A DNA stretch of 64,000 bases from Candidatus Woesebacteria bacterium UBA5941 (GTDB taxonomy: Bacteria; Patescibacteriota; Microgenomatia; UBA8517), in contig DJCV01000003.1 of the NCBI GenBank assembly GCA_002430735.1, positions 21,142-85,141 on the forward strand, read 5' to 3'. Both the position numbers and the translations under genes were made by a program. Positions within the stretch are counted from its first letter, which is position 1; each line of letters starts with the position of its first letter. Below, in pieces: positions 45,514 to 55,637 of the stretch. Below the pieces are notes generated by a model. It was given only the letters and a program-made list of their open reading frames with translations. It searched no databases and was not told the DNA's origin.

Positions 45514-48500
45514 TTATACCATCATCCGTGCGCGTTCAGGGTCTACAGGAATGAGGCGTCCGATGATAACATTTTCTTTGAGTCCAATCAAACGGTCTCG
45601 CTTACCCATCAATGCACTTGTGGCCAAAACGTCAGTTGTCTGTTCGAATGATGCTGCTGACAACCAGCTCTCGGTGAGCAATGCGCGCTTTGTGATTCCC
45701 ATAATGGTTGGTCGTGCAGTTGCTGCTTCCCCACCTTGAGCAATCGTCTTTTCGTTCTCTTCGTCAAAGCTTGCTTTATCAACTGTCTCACCTGGCAAGA
45801 GTGGTGTGCTTCCACCTGTCGCGATCTTCACCTTGTCGCTCATCTTTCGAACGATAACTTCAAAGTGACGGTCGTTAATTGGAATTCCTTGTGATTCGTA
45901 TACTGCTTGTAACTCATTCAACAGATATTCTTGAGCTGGGATTAAGCCTCGAATTGCGAGTACTTCCTTCACATCCAAGTATCCAGATGAGAGTTGAGCA
46001 CCAGCTTCAACGAGTTGTCCATCTTCAACCATGAGCTTACTTGTCTTTGGAATCACAAATTCTCGTGTCTCTTGTGGCTTCACATTTACTGATTCAATAA
46101 TGACTTTCCAACCGTCTTCAAGTTCTTCAACCTTAACCTTACCTGCGATGTCAGTTAATGGTGCCATGCTCTTTGGAATACGTGCTTCAAAGAGTTCCTC
46201 TACTCGAGGCAAACCTTGGGTCACGTCGACTCCAACCACACCGGCTGCGTGCTTAGTTCGGAGCGTAAGCTGTGTTCCTGGTTCTCCAATTGATTGAGCA
46301 GTTAATACTCCAACTGGTGTTCCCATCTCAGCAATTTGCTTGTTTGAGAGATCCCATCCGTAACATGCTGCACACATTCCGTATCGGCTTTCACAACTTA
46401 ATGGTGATCTCACAAATACTGATGGAATTTCAGCTTGATCAATTTCCTTAGCTGCTGGCTCATCGATAATCGTTCCCTTAGCTACAATTACTTTTCCATC
46501 CTTGGTTGTAATATCCTCGAGTGAAATTCGACCTGCGATTCGTCGAGCATATACATTGGTTCGGAAGTTTCGAGTAATCGTAATACCTTCAGTTGTTCCA
46601 CAATCTTCTTCTCGAATGATCACATCATGAGCTACGTCAACGAGTCGTCGAGTTAAGTATCCAGCATCAGCTGTCTTAAGCGCGGTATCAGTCAATCCTT
46701 TTCGAGATCCACGAGAGCTTGTTACGTATTCAAATACTGAGAGTCCTTCTCGGAAGTTACTCTTAATAGGCAATTCAACGATCTTTCCGAGTGGATCAAC
46801 AACGAGTCCTCGCATACCAGCGATCTGTTTGATCTGATCTCGTGATGTACGTCCAACTTTAGCGTCAATAACGATTCTGATTGAGCTAGTTGGGTCTACT
46901 AAGTCCCATGTCTTGTCAGCAATTTCTTCAGTTGTTTCAATCCAAACTGCTTCACTCAATCGTTTCTTTTCTTCCTTCGTGATCAACCCTTCGGCAAAAG
47001 TTGTTTCGATTTCAGCAACTTTTTGGTTAGCAATATCAATCATCTTAGATTTCTCAGGGTGAACTACTGCGTCTGAAATTCCGAATGAAAGCCCTGAATA
47101 AGTTCCTCCAACGAATCCAATATCTTTAATATCATCAATCATTTGAATTACTCGATCATGAGGGACTTTAGTAAATCCTGTCATAATAAGATCCTGGATA
47201 AGACCTGAAACCATGCTCTCATTCACAAATCCAAATTCAGCTGGGAGCACTTCATTAAAGAGAATTCGTCCTACAGTTGTTTCAATAATGTCAGTTCCAA
47301 GTTTGACCTTGATTAATTGTCTTAAGAACAACTTTCCTGTTTGATAAGCAAAGATTGCTTCGTTTTTATCAGAATAGATCGTGCTACCAGCCTCAATTCG
47401 AGGGTCTACGCTTGTGTAGTAGTACACTCCCAATGCAATTTCCTTAGATGAAGGAGCACTGGTTGGTGATCCGTCAGCAGGCTTCAACAAGTTTCGATCT
47501 GAAATAACTCTCTCTTTAACTTCTTTGATTGCGCGCTCAGAGAGTGGCAAGTGCACAGCCATTTGGTCTCCATCGAAGTCAGCTCCGAATGCTTTACATA
47601 CTGCAGGGTGCAATCGAATAGCGCTTCCTTCAATTAAGATTGGATAGAATGCTTGGATACCGAGCTTGTGCAATGTAGGAGCACGGTTGAGTAACACTGG
47701 GTGATTCTTTGTAATCTCTTCCAAGATGTCAAAGACTTCACTTGGTCGTCGTTCCAAAAGGTTCTTCGCACTCTTCACATTTGGTGCAATTCCTCGAACA
47801 ATCATTTCTCGAAGCACGAATGGCTTAAAGATCTCAAGTGCCATTTCCTTCGGAAGTCCACATTGATTAAGCTTCAATTCTGGTCCTACAACGATAACTG
47901 ATCGTCCAGAGTAGTCAACACGCTTACCCAATAAGTTCTGTCGGAATCGTCCTTGCTTCCCTTTCAACATGTCTGAAAGTGATCGTAATGGTTGCTTTCC
48001 GCGTCCTCGTCGAGTTGCTTTTCGTTGAGAGGCGTCAATCAAAGAGTCAACAGATTCCTGCAACATTCGTTTTTCATTTCTCAAAATGATTTCAGGAGCT
48101 CCAAGATTAATTAAGTGCTTTAATCGGTTATTGCGATTAATAACACGTCGGTATAAGTCGTTTAAGTCGCTTGTTGCGAAACGTCCTCCTGAAAGTTGCA
48201 CCATCGGTCGCAAATCTGGTGGCAAGATTGGAAGAACCTTCATAACGGTCCATGTTGGAGAAACGTGTCCTGATCGCATACCGTCAACCAACTTCAATCG
48301 GCGAGTTAATTTAATGTATCGGCTACCTTTTCCTTTGACCGCATCGATTTCTTCTTTGATCTCCTTAGAGAGGTCATCAAGTTTCAATGCTGCGAGTGCT
48401 TCATAAATAGCTTCTGCACCCATCTTGACGTCTACGAATGATTCAACTCCGTAAGAGCTGAGTTTGTCGAATTCATCTTCTGACAAGAATCCAAATTTTC

Positions 48501-51500
48501 GAACGTCTTTGACAATTCCAATAAGCTTTCCGAATAGTTCTTCAGTCTTCTCGAGAGTTACTTTCTCTTCTTCAGAAAGGCTTGCTTCTTTCTTTCGAGT
48601 TTCGAGCTCAACTTCAGAAAGGGCGAGTGCTAATTGTTCTTGACCTTTAATCTTCTCTTCAGCTTTCTTTCGTCGAACTTCACCATCTTCTTTAACGAGC
48701 GCAAGTCGTTCTTTGTAGAGCTCTTTCACTTCGTCAACTTTCTCTCCTCGTGATTTTTCAAGTGTCTTAATAGCTTCAGTTCGGCCTGCTTCATCAACAT
48801 TCATCACAAGGTATCGAGCGAAGTACACAACTTGCTCAATTGCACGAGGTGCGAGATCCAAAAGGAGAGATACCTTTGAAGGTGCCCCTTTAAAGAACCA
48901 TACGTGCATAACAGGTGCTGCCAAGCTAATGTGTCCCATGCGTTCTCGTCGAACACGAGACTCAGTTACTTCAACTCCACATTTGTCACAAACAACTCCC
49001 TTATATCGAATTCTCTTGTATTTTCCACAATAACATTCCCAATCCTTTGAAGGTCCGAAGATTCGTTCGTCAAAGAGACCATCTTTTTCACTCTTTAATG
49101 TTCGATAGTTAATAGTCTCAGGCTTTGTAACTTCTCCACGGCTCCATGCACGAATTTCTTCAGGTGAAGCGAGTTTGATTCTCAATCCTCCAAAGTCTTC
49201 TAAGTTTGAAAGCAGAGAGAGCGGATCAACGAGTTCTGCTTTTTTGTCAGTCAATTTTTCAACGATATCTTCTCCTGCTTCGTTTTTAGGTTGAGCATTT
49301 TCGATTTGGATAGAAAGTCCCAATGAATTCAATTCTCGAATTAATACTTTAAAGCTTTCAGGTACTTTTGCTTCAGGAATTGGTTCACCTTTCACAATTG
49401 CACCAAATGCTTGTGCACGTCCTACGATATCGTCGGACTTAATAGTCAACATTTCTTGTAATGTATGTGCAGCTCTGTGTGATTCTAATGCCCAGACTTC
49501 CATTTCTCCCAATCGTTGTCCACCCATTTGAGCTTTTCCTCCAAGAGGTTGTTGTGTCACGAGTGAGTATGGTCCAGTTGATCGAGCGTGAGTCTTATCC
49601 TCAATCATGTGCTTCAGCTTCAAGATGTATCCAATTCCAACAACAGTGTCTTCAGCAAATTGTTCTCCTGTTCGTCCATCAAAGAGTCTAATTTTTCCAC
49701 TTCGTGGAAGTCCAGCGTTTTCAAGTTCTTGAGAGATGACATCATCATCCATGTTGTCAAATACTGGAAGTGCTCCCTTTTCTCCATTCGCAGAGAGTGC
49801 CCAACCCAAATGTGCTTCCATAAGTTGTCCCAAGTTCATACGTGCGAGAACTGAGAGTGGAGAAATAATAATATCTACAGGTGTTCCATCTGGAAGATAT
49901 GGCATGTCTGCAGCATTCATGACTTTAGCAATAACACCTTTGTTTCCGTGTCGTCCGGCGAGTTTGTCTCCAACCATGACTTTTCGGATTTGTGCAACTT
50001 TAACGATAATCGTCTTCATAACACCAGGCCCAAGCTCGTCGCCACCTTCTTTGTCCAAGACTTGGACATCAACAACGATTCCTTCTTCTCCGTGAGGTAC
50101 TCGAAGTGAGGTGTCTCGAACTTCTCGTGCTTTCTCTCCAAAGATTGCGCGGAGCAATCTTTCTTCAGCATTTAATTCTGTTTCTCCTTTTGGAGCAATT
50201 TTTCCAACCAAAATGTCGTTTGGTCCAACTTCTGCACCAAGTACAACAACTCCGTCTTCAGCGAGGTTTGCAAGTTCCATTTCAGAAACGTTTGGAATAT
50301 CGCGAGTCAATTCCTCAGGCCCAAGCTTTGTTTCAACGAGGTCAGCTTGATATTCCTTAATGTGGATCGAAGTTAACAAATCATCCTTGACGAGTCTGTC
50401 TGACACAATCAAGGCGTCTTCAAATCCGTATCCTTCGAATGAAGCGTAAGCGACTACTAAGTTTGTTCCGAGCGCGAGTTCTCCTTCTTCAGCAGAAGGT
50501 CCATCAATTAAAAGGTCTCCTTTTTTAACTTTTTGTCCAACGACAACTCGAGCTTTTTGGTTGTATGAAGTTGATTGTGTTGTTCTCTTGAACTTTGTAA
50601 GTCTGTAAATAGCTCGTTCTCCGTCTTCAGCCATTTCAACAGCACTTCGAACTGGTTTTACTTGCTTTTTATCAAGTCGGACTTCGATTCGGTTTCCATC
50701 TACGTAATCAACAACTCCGTCGAAATCGCTTGTAACAACATGTCCCATTGACTCAGCAATTGCACCTTCCATACCAGTTCCAACGATTGGACTTTGAGGA
50801 GCAACAAGCGGAACAGCCTGACATTGCATGTTAGATCCCATAAGCGCTCGATTACCTTCGTCGTGAGCGAGGAATGGAATAAGAGATGCTGATGCACCGA
50901 ACACTTGTCGAGGAGTTACGTCAATGTAATCAATAACGTCTGATGGTCCTTCGAGGAAGGCGTCATTAAATCGGTATGGAACTCGATCGTCCATAACAAT
51001 TCCTTCTTCGTTTACCGTCACGCCACTGTGAGTGATGTGATATTTAGCATCATCATCTGCGGTAAGATAGGTTACTTCGTCTAATACTTTCACTACTGTC
51101 TTACCACCTTTTTCTGTCTTTTCTACTTTTCGGTATGGAGCTTCTAAGAAACCGAATTCATTAATTCGTGTGTAGAGAGCCAAATAGGTAACAAGTCCGA
51201 TGTTTGGTCCTTCAGGAGATCTGACTGGGTCAATACGACCATATTGAGACGCATTAATGTCTCGAATAGAGAAGCTTGCTCGTTCACGGTTAATACCACC
51301 AGGTCCAAGCACTGAGACGCGGCGCAAGTTATCAACCTCAGAAAGAGGGTTTGTGTTATCTAAAATAGTAGATAACTGATTGCTTCGGAAAAATTCATTA
51401 ATTGATGCAATCAATGGTCGAGCATTAATTAAGTTTTGTGGAAGTGGTTTGTCTTCAGGTGCAATCAAGCTCATCTTTTCTTTCACTGATCTCTCAAGTT

Positions 51501-52527
51501 TCAACAAACCTGCCCGGAACGCATGAGTTGCCACTAATTCTCCCACTCGTCGAAGTCTTCGATTGCTTAAGTGATCAATATCATCAACGTGTCCGTGTCC
51601 GTTTTGAAGTCCAATAAGGTATGAAATGGTTGCCAAAATATCTTGCTTGGTGAGTACCCAATTTTCTCGTTCGTTCGCAACTGTTAAATCAAGTCGTTTG
51701 TTGATCTTGTATCGGCCAACTTTTCCTAAGTCATACCGTCGGGTATCTAAGAACAAGCTTTCAAAGAGAGCTTGAGCGTTATCAATAATGGCTGGTTCCC
51801 CAGGTCGGAGCTTTCGATAGATTTCCAAAAGAGCTTCGTCTTGAGTCTTTGTTGGGTCTTTTTCAATGGTCTTTTTAATGAATCGGTGGTTTTTGTCAGT
51901 ATCAATTTCTGAGAAAGCTTCTTGAATTTCTTGATCGCTTTCAATTCCCATTGCACGAAGAAGGGTAGTTGCAGAAACTTTTCGTCGCTTATCAATTCGA
52001 GCTGAGATTACATCGTTCTTGCTGATTTCGAATTCGAGCCATGATCCATGAAGTGGTCGAACTTCAGCCATGTAAAGCATTCGTCCAGTTGCACGATCTC
52101 GTGCACCAGAGAAGTAAATACCAGGTGATCGAACGAGCTGGTTAATAACTGCGCGTTCAATTCCGTTAATGATGAATGTTCCGGCAGTTGTCATTTGTGG
52201 GATATTTCCCATAAAGACTTCCTGTTCGACTGATTCACCAGTCTTCATGTTGATTAATGTAGCGACTAATTTAAATGGAGCAGCAAAAGTAATACCTTTT
52301 TCTTCTGCATACTTTGGAGTGATTTGTGGTTCTTCTAATGTGTGGCTGCCTAAAAGCAATTGCCAATTTTTTCCTGTAAAGTCGTTAATTGGAGAAACCT
52401 GTGCAATTTCCTCTGCAATTCCTTCATTTAAAAACCAATCCCAGCTTTCTCTTTGTACGAGAGATAAATCAAGTTCTGGTAGGTTTTTCTCTGTTTTTCC
52501 GAAATTGCGTCGTTGGGTTTTTGCCAT
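45514..52527 (-). CDS. rpoBC: fused DNA-directed RNA polymerase beta-beta' (RpoB-RpoC) polypeptide, 2337 aa
   Basis: N-terminus matches beta; C-terminal half matches beta' (Zn finger [35 protein letters not shown] catalytic loop); no stop at junction (~49180-49310). Confidence 0.9.
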   Translation of the reverse strand: MAKTQRRNFGKTEKNLPELDLSLVQRESWDWFLNEGIAEEIAQVSPINDFTGKNWQLLLGSHTLEEPQITPKYAEEKGITFAAPFKLVATLINMKTGESVEQEVFMGNIPQMTTAGTFIINGIERAVINQLVRSPGIYFSGARDRATGRMLYMAEVRPLHGSWLEFEISKNDVISARIDKRRKVSATTLLRAMGIESDQEIQEAFSEIDTDKNHRFIKKTIEKDPTKTQDEALLEIYRKLRPGEPAIIDNAQALFESLFLDTRRYDLGKVGRYKINKRLDLTVANERENWVLTKQDILATISYLIGLQNGHGHVDDIDHLSNRRLRRVGELVATHAFRAGLLKLERSVKEKMSLIAPEDKPLPQNLINARPLIASINEFFRSNQLSTILDNTNPLSEVDNLRRVSVLGPGGINRERASFSIRDINASQYGRIDPVRSPEGPNIGLVTYLALYTRINEFGFLEAPYRKVEKTEKGGKTVVKVLDEVTYLTADDDAKYHITHSGVTVNEEGIVMDDRVPYRFNDAFLEGPSDVIDYIDVTPRQVFGASASLIPFLAHDEGNRALMGSNMQCQAVPLVAPQSPIVGTGMEGAIAESMGHVVTSDFDGVVDYVDGNRIEVRLDKKQVKPVRSAVEMAEDGERAIYRLTKFKRTTQSTSYNQKARVVVGQKVKKGDLLIDGPSAEEGELALGTNLVVAYASFEGYGFEDALIVSDRLVKDDLLTSIHIKEYQADLVETKLGPEELTRDIPNVSEMELANLAEDGVVVLGAEVGPNDILVGKIAPKGETELNAEERLLRAIFGEKAREVRDTSLRVPHGEEGIVVDVQVLDKEGGDELGPGVMKTIIVKVAQIRKVMVGDKLAGRHGNKGVIAKVMNAADMPYLPDGTPVDIIISPLSVLARMNLGQLMEAHLGWALSANGEKGALPVFDNMDDDVISQELENAGLPRSGKIRLFDGRTGEQFAEDTVVGIGYILKLKHMIEDKTHARSTGPYSLVTQQPLGGKAQMGGQRLGEMEVWALESHRAAHTLQEMLTIKSDDIVGRAQAFGAIVKGEPIPEAKVPESFKVLIRELNSLGLSIQIENAQPKNEAGEDIVEKLTDKKAELVDPLSLLSNLEDFGGLRIKLASPEEIRAWSRGEVTKPETINYRTLKSEKDGLFDERIFGPSKDWECYCGKYKRIRYKGVVCDKCGVEVTESRVRRERMGHISLAAPVMHVWFFKGAPSKVSLLLDLAPRAIEQVVYFARYLVMNVDEAGRTEAIKTLEKSRGEKVDEVKELYKERLALVKEDGEVRRKKAEEKIKGQEQLALALSEVELETRKKEASLSEEEKVTLEKTEELFGKLIGIVKDVRKFGFLSEDEFDKLSSYGVESFVDVKMGAEAIYEALAALKLDDLSKEIKEEIDAVKGKGSRYIKLTRRLKLVDGMRSGHVSPTWTVMKVLPILPPDLRPMVQLSGGRFATSDLNDLYRRVINRNNRLKHLINLGAPEIILRNEKRMLQESVDSLIDASQRKATRRGRGKQPLRSLSDMLKGKQGRFRQNLLGKRVDYSGRSVIVVGPELKLNQCGLPKEMALEIFKPFVLREMIVRGIAPNVKSAKNLLERRPSEVFDILEEITKNHPVLLNRAPTLHKLGIQAFYPILIEGSAIRLHPAVCKAFGADFDGDQMAVHLPLSERAIKEVKERVISDRNLLKPADGSPTSAPSSKEIALGVYYYTSVDPRIEAGSTIYSDKNEAIFAYQTGKLFLRQLIKVKLGTDIIETTVGRILFNEVLPAEFGFVNESMVSGLIQDLIMTGFTKVPHDRVIQMIDDIKDIGFVGGTYSGLSFGISDAVVHPEKSKMIDIANQKVAEIETTFAEGLITKEEKKRLSEAVWIETTEEIADKTWDLVDPTSSIRIVIDAKVGRTSRDQIKQIAGMRGLVVDPLGKIVELPIKSNFREGLSVFEYVTSSRGSRKGLTDTALKTADAGYLTRRLVDVAHDVIIREEDCGTTEGITITRNFRTNVYARRIAGRISLEDITTKDGKVIVAKGTIIDEPAAKEIDQAEIPSVFVRSPLSCESRYGMCAACYGWDLSNKQIAEMGTPVGVLTAQSIGEPGTQLTLRTKHAAGVVGVDVTQGLPRVEELFEARIPKSMAPLTDIAGKVKVEELEDGWKVIIESVNVKPQETREFVIPKTSKLMVEDGQLVEAGAQLSSGYLDVKEVLAIRGLIPAQEYLLNELQAVYESQGIPINDRHFEVIVRKMSDKVKIATGGSTPLLPGETVDKASFDEENEKTIAQGGEAATARPTIMGITKRALLTESWLSAASFEQTTDVLATSALMGKRDRLIGLKENVIIGRLIPVDPERARMMV

Positions 52528-52584
52528 TTGGTGAATAGATTTTAGGAATACTAAAGTGAGCTTGTCTCAGTACGCCTAACGGCG

Positions 52585-52612
52585 ATTATACCTGCATATC
52601 ATGTAAAGTCAA
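52585..52612 (-). promoter_or_regulatory. sigma70-like promoter for rpoBC
   Basis: Minus strand TTGACT (52607-52612) - 16 nt - TATAAT (52585-52590), ~55 nt upstream of ATG 52527. Confidence 0.5.
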
Positions 52613-52800
52613 CACCCGATTGAGGGGCAATAATATACCGGAAGCTTCAGTTCCTTTGGACACTATACCAGAAAAAATTCGTGAGCGCAAATAGGTAGAA
52701 ATTGATTGGGATGATGTTATATCACCATCCAGCCTCATTACCTAGTAATTCGACACTTTCAACCCGTGCATATACTATAAACGAGTGGAGCTACTGTAGC

Positions 52801-53796
52801 TTATCGAAGATATTTTTGCACATTAGCGTTGTGCTCCTCTAATGTCGTTGCATACCGGGCAACACCTGTTGTGTCATGAATATAGAATAAATAATTACTT
52901 TCAGTAGGATTTAAAACTGCTTGCAAGCTTGCGAGGCCTGGGCTTGCAATTGGAGCAGGTGGCAATCCCGGAATAGTGTATGTATTGAAATTACTTTTTA
53001 ATTTGTAGTCTTCCAAATACACCGTTGGCCACCAGTCTGCACATTCTCCTTTTGCGTCTGGGCACGAAAGATTTGCCTTTGCATATTGCACCGTTGCATC
53101 AACTTGTAGTGGCATTCCAATTTCAATTCGATTTCGAAGAATCCCTGCAATTATCGGCTTTTCACTATCATTCCGTGTTTCCCGCTCAACCAGAGATGCA
53201 AGTGTGACCAATTCATCAAGATTCGCCCCAGCGTTCTCAGTGCCAAACTTCTTCTGAAAGGTATTCTTCAATACAGAGATTGCACGTGCGGGAGTAACAT
53301 CTTTTGGTATTAAGTATGTTTCAGGAAATAAATATCCCTCATCTGATTTAGAAAGTGACAAAAATTGCTCTCTAAATGCTACTTTTTCCGCCTCGCTGTA
53401 TCCAAGTGCATTGCTGAACCGGTCGGGTAATTGCTCTCGACGTAATCCTTCCGGAATTGTTACCCACACTTCTTGTGGTCCTTTCAATAAATGCGCTATC
53501 ACTTGCGGTACTGTTAGGTTTGCAGGGATGGAAAACTGTCCAACTGGCAGACTTGCTGCCTGGTTGGTAAATCGAACATACAACCGAAATACAAGTTCAT
53601 TTTTAATCACTCCCGCATCATGAAGTTTTTTTGCGATTGATTCAGCAGAACTTCCTTTGGTAATTAAAACAGACTGTGTTTTGTTGCTTGTTGAAGGTGC
53701 TTTCAAGCCATTCGTCCACCAAATAAATCCTCCTACTGAAAGGGCAGCACCAATGAGGGCTACGAGTAAAAAAGTGATGATGAGGAATTTCTTCAC
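52801..53796 (-). CDS. mltG: endolytic murein transglycosylase MltG (YceG family)
   Basis: N-terminal TM, YceG-like domain (...LVERETRNDSEKPIIAGILRNRIEIGMPLQVDATVQY...). Confidence 0.85.
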   Translation of the reverse strand: MKKFLIITFLLVALIGAALSVGGFIWWTNGLKAPSTSNKTQSVLITKGSSAESIAKKLHDAGVIKNELVFRLYVRFTNQAASLPVGQFSIPANLTVPQVIAHLLKGPQEVWVTIPEGLRREQLPDRFSNALGYSEAEKVAFREQFLSLSKSDEGYLFPETYLIPKDVTPARAISVLKNTFQKKFGTENAGANLDELVTLASLVERETRNDSEKPIIAGILRNRIEIGMPLQVDATVQYAKANLSCPDAKGECADWWPTVYLEDYKLKSNFNTYTIPGLPPAPIASPGLASLQAVLNPTESNYLFYIHDTTGVARYATTLEEHNANVQKYLR

Positions 53797-53825
53797 AGAA
53801 TTATTGTAACAAAAGGCCGAAGATT

Positions 53826-54020
53826 TTATTTAACCTCGGTGAGAAGTGCACGGCGGTACGTTTTACCATTGTGCATGTAGATGCGTCCACATTTGCATGT
53901 CACTTGGGTTCCACCTTTTACCTTCGTTTTTTTGGCTTTAGTAAGAGGCATGCTGCAACCGACACATCGGCCTTGGGACAGAAGCCATGCTTGGATTGGT
54001 GCAATTGCATTCTTAATCAT
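53826..54020 (-). CDS. small zinc-ribbon hypothetical protein
   Basis: 64 aa with CVGC...CKCG. Confidence 0.35.
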   Translation of the reverse strand: MIKNAIAPIQAWLLSQGRCVGCSMPLTKAKKTKVKGGTQVTCKCGRIYMHNGKTYRRALLTEVK

Positions 54021-54097
54021 TGAAACAGTATACCAAATGGATTTTCCTCTGAGTACCTAGTAAATAGATGTTTGTGGCTATTATTCCTGCTATAGGC

Positions 54098-54126
54098 TTT
54101 ACACAAGAGAACTATAGGAGTATAAT
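54098..54126 (+). promoter_or_regulatory. sigma70-like promoter positioned for leaderless mRNA
   Basis: TTTACA (54098-54103) - 17 nt - TATAAT (54121-54126), 6 nt before ATG 54133. Confidence 0.45.
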
Positions 54127-54132
54127 GCCGCA

Positions 54133-54597
54133 ATGCAAAAAACAATTGTCATCAGTGTTACACAGACGCTGTCAATTCTCCTCTGTATTATTGGAGCGCT
54201 CCTGTGGGGACATATTATCCTATTTGATTCTGTGAATACCCCAACTCTTGGGAAAGAAGCACACAACATTTTACATTTCACGATCGACAAAGATCATCCG
54301 CGAGTATCAGGATTACAGGTGCCTATTTTTCCGGGTAAAAAATATGCATGGAGTACGTATGCGATAGCCAGTGAAGGAGAAGGCGAATTTGGGTTTTACA
54401 TTGACGAATATGACGCAAACGGAGTCTGGGTAAGTGGACAATGGAAAGGTGCAATTACTGCAACCCAAGAAGGAATTCTTACCTACGAATATGTTCCCAG
54501 TAATGACCACGTGCAATTTGCGGCGCCACAATATTATGTAACACCAAATACATCATTTGAAGTGCTCGTTGATTCACCGTCTATTCGAGAGCGATAA
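54133..54597 (+). CDS. hypothetical membrane-anchored protein
   Basis: 154 aa, N-terminal TM helix, no recognised motifs. Confidence 0.4.
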   Translation: MQKTIVISVTQTLSILLCIIGALLWGHIILFDSVNTPTLGKEAHNILHFTIDKDHPRVSGLQVPIFPGKKYAWSTYAIASEGEGEFGFYIDEYDANGVWVSGQWKGAITATQEGILTYEYVPSNDHVQFAAPQYYVTPNTSFEVLVDSPSIRER

Positions 54598-54603
54598 CAC
54601 CGC

Positions 54604-54984
54604 TTATTTGTCGAGGTACTTCTGGAGAATAACAGCGGCTGCAAATGCGTCCTCCATTTCTTTACGCTTTTTGCGCTTCATATTGCTATGAATAGCCATT
54701 TCTTGCGCATCATGCGTCGAGAGCGTTTCGTCTACAAATACAACGGGAATTCGAGTAACTAATGAGAGCTCTTCGCCAAATCTCTTGGCTTCTGAGGCGA
54801 TTTCGTTTTCTGACAACCCCACAACTAATTCATCAGGACGTTCATTATCAATAACCGTTAACGCCTGTTTCAAGAGTGCTGCATAATTTTCACCCTTTAA
54901 CACTTTTAGTGGCTCGGCGAGAGAACCCAACGACAATGCAACCCCAACCTTTTTTCTTCCGTAATCAAAACTAATAAATATCAT
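54604..54984 (-). CDS. ruvX: Holliday junction resolvase-like YqgF/RuvX
   Basis: FDYGRKKVGVA...VDETLST motifs. Confidence 0.85.
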   Translation of the reverse strand: MIFISFDYGRKKVGVALSLGSLAEPLKVLKGENYAALLKQALTVIDNERPDELVVGLSENEIASEAKRFGEELSLVTRIPVVFVDETLSTHDAQEMAIHSNMKRKKRKEMEDAFAAAVILQKYLDK

Positions 54985-55637
54985 AAGCTTAATGTTTTTT
55001 CTTCGGGCGGCACCAGTTTAGCACGGACCACTAAGCGTCTTGGTCTGCGTGGGTCACCAGGCGGCACACAGGTAATAAGCGAGATATATGACATTCCTGT
55101 ATCTTGGGCTAACACTTCTAATTGATCCGGGTTTACTTCAAACATGTCATCAACTCGATATTCGTATGAGATCCCATCGTATTGAACCGTGATCATATCT
55201 TTCTTCTTGAGTGAGGGAAGTGTTGAAAAAATAGTCAGATATACTTTTGGATCATAAAAAGACGGGAGTACTGAATGGCCAAAGACAACTGTGTTCCCAA
55301 TTTTTCCCGGGAGTGCAGTCCCTGGATACTGAATTAGTGAATCAGCGAGATCTTCTCCTCCAATAGTAACAACGGCATCTTTGATGCCCAACTTTGGGAC
55401 TGATATGTTGTAATACTTAACGACTGAGCTGCTCGTTAATTCTTCTGCGCTTGGGAACCAGGTCTTCACTTTCGTAAAATCCATCAGTTCTTGCTCTGGA
55501 ACGGGGGACAGGTATTGTTTAAAGTTTGCCTTACTTTTTATTTCATAGGAAAGGAGCGGAAATATGACGGCCAAAATGCAAACCCCGCCGGTAATTGCGA
55601 GAAATAAACTGAGTAATTTAATTGCGGACTTCTTCAT
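54981..55637 (-). CDS. sortase family transpeptidase
   Basis: N-terminal TM, VVFGHS (His) and LITCVP (TLxTC Cys) motifs. Confidence 0.8.
   Translation of the reverse strand: MKKSAIKLLSLFLAITGGVCILAVIFPLLSYEIKSKANFKQYLSPVPEQELMDFTKVKTWFPSAEELTSSSVVKYYNISVPKLGIKDAVVTIGGEDLADSLIQYPGTALPGKIGNTVVFGHSVLPSFYDPKVYLTIFSTLPSLKKKDMITVQYDGISYEYRVDDMFEVNPDQLEVLAQDTGMSYISLITCVPPGDPRRPRRLVVRAKLVPPEEKTLSL

Noticed and set aside
45514-52527. Numerous 60-120-aa ORFs on both strands inside rpoBC (e.g. 46031-46297, 49736-50095, 50106-50360)
   Set aside because: They are embedded in a strongly conserved coding frame with no independent signals. These are typical antisense or alternate-frame artefacts.
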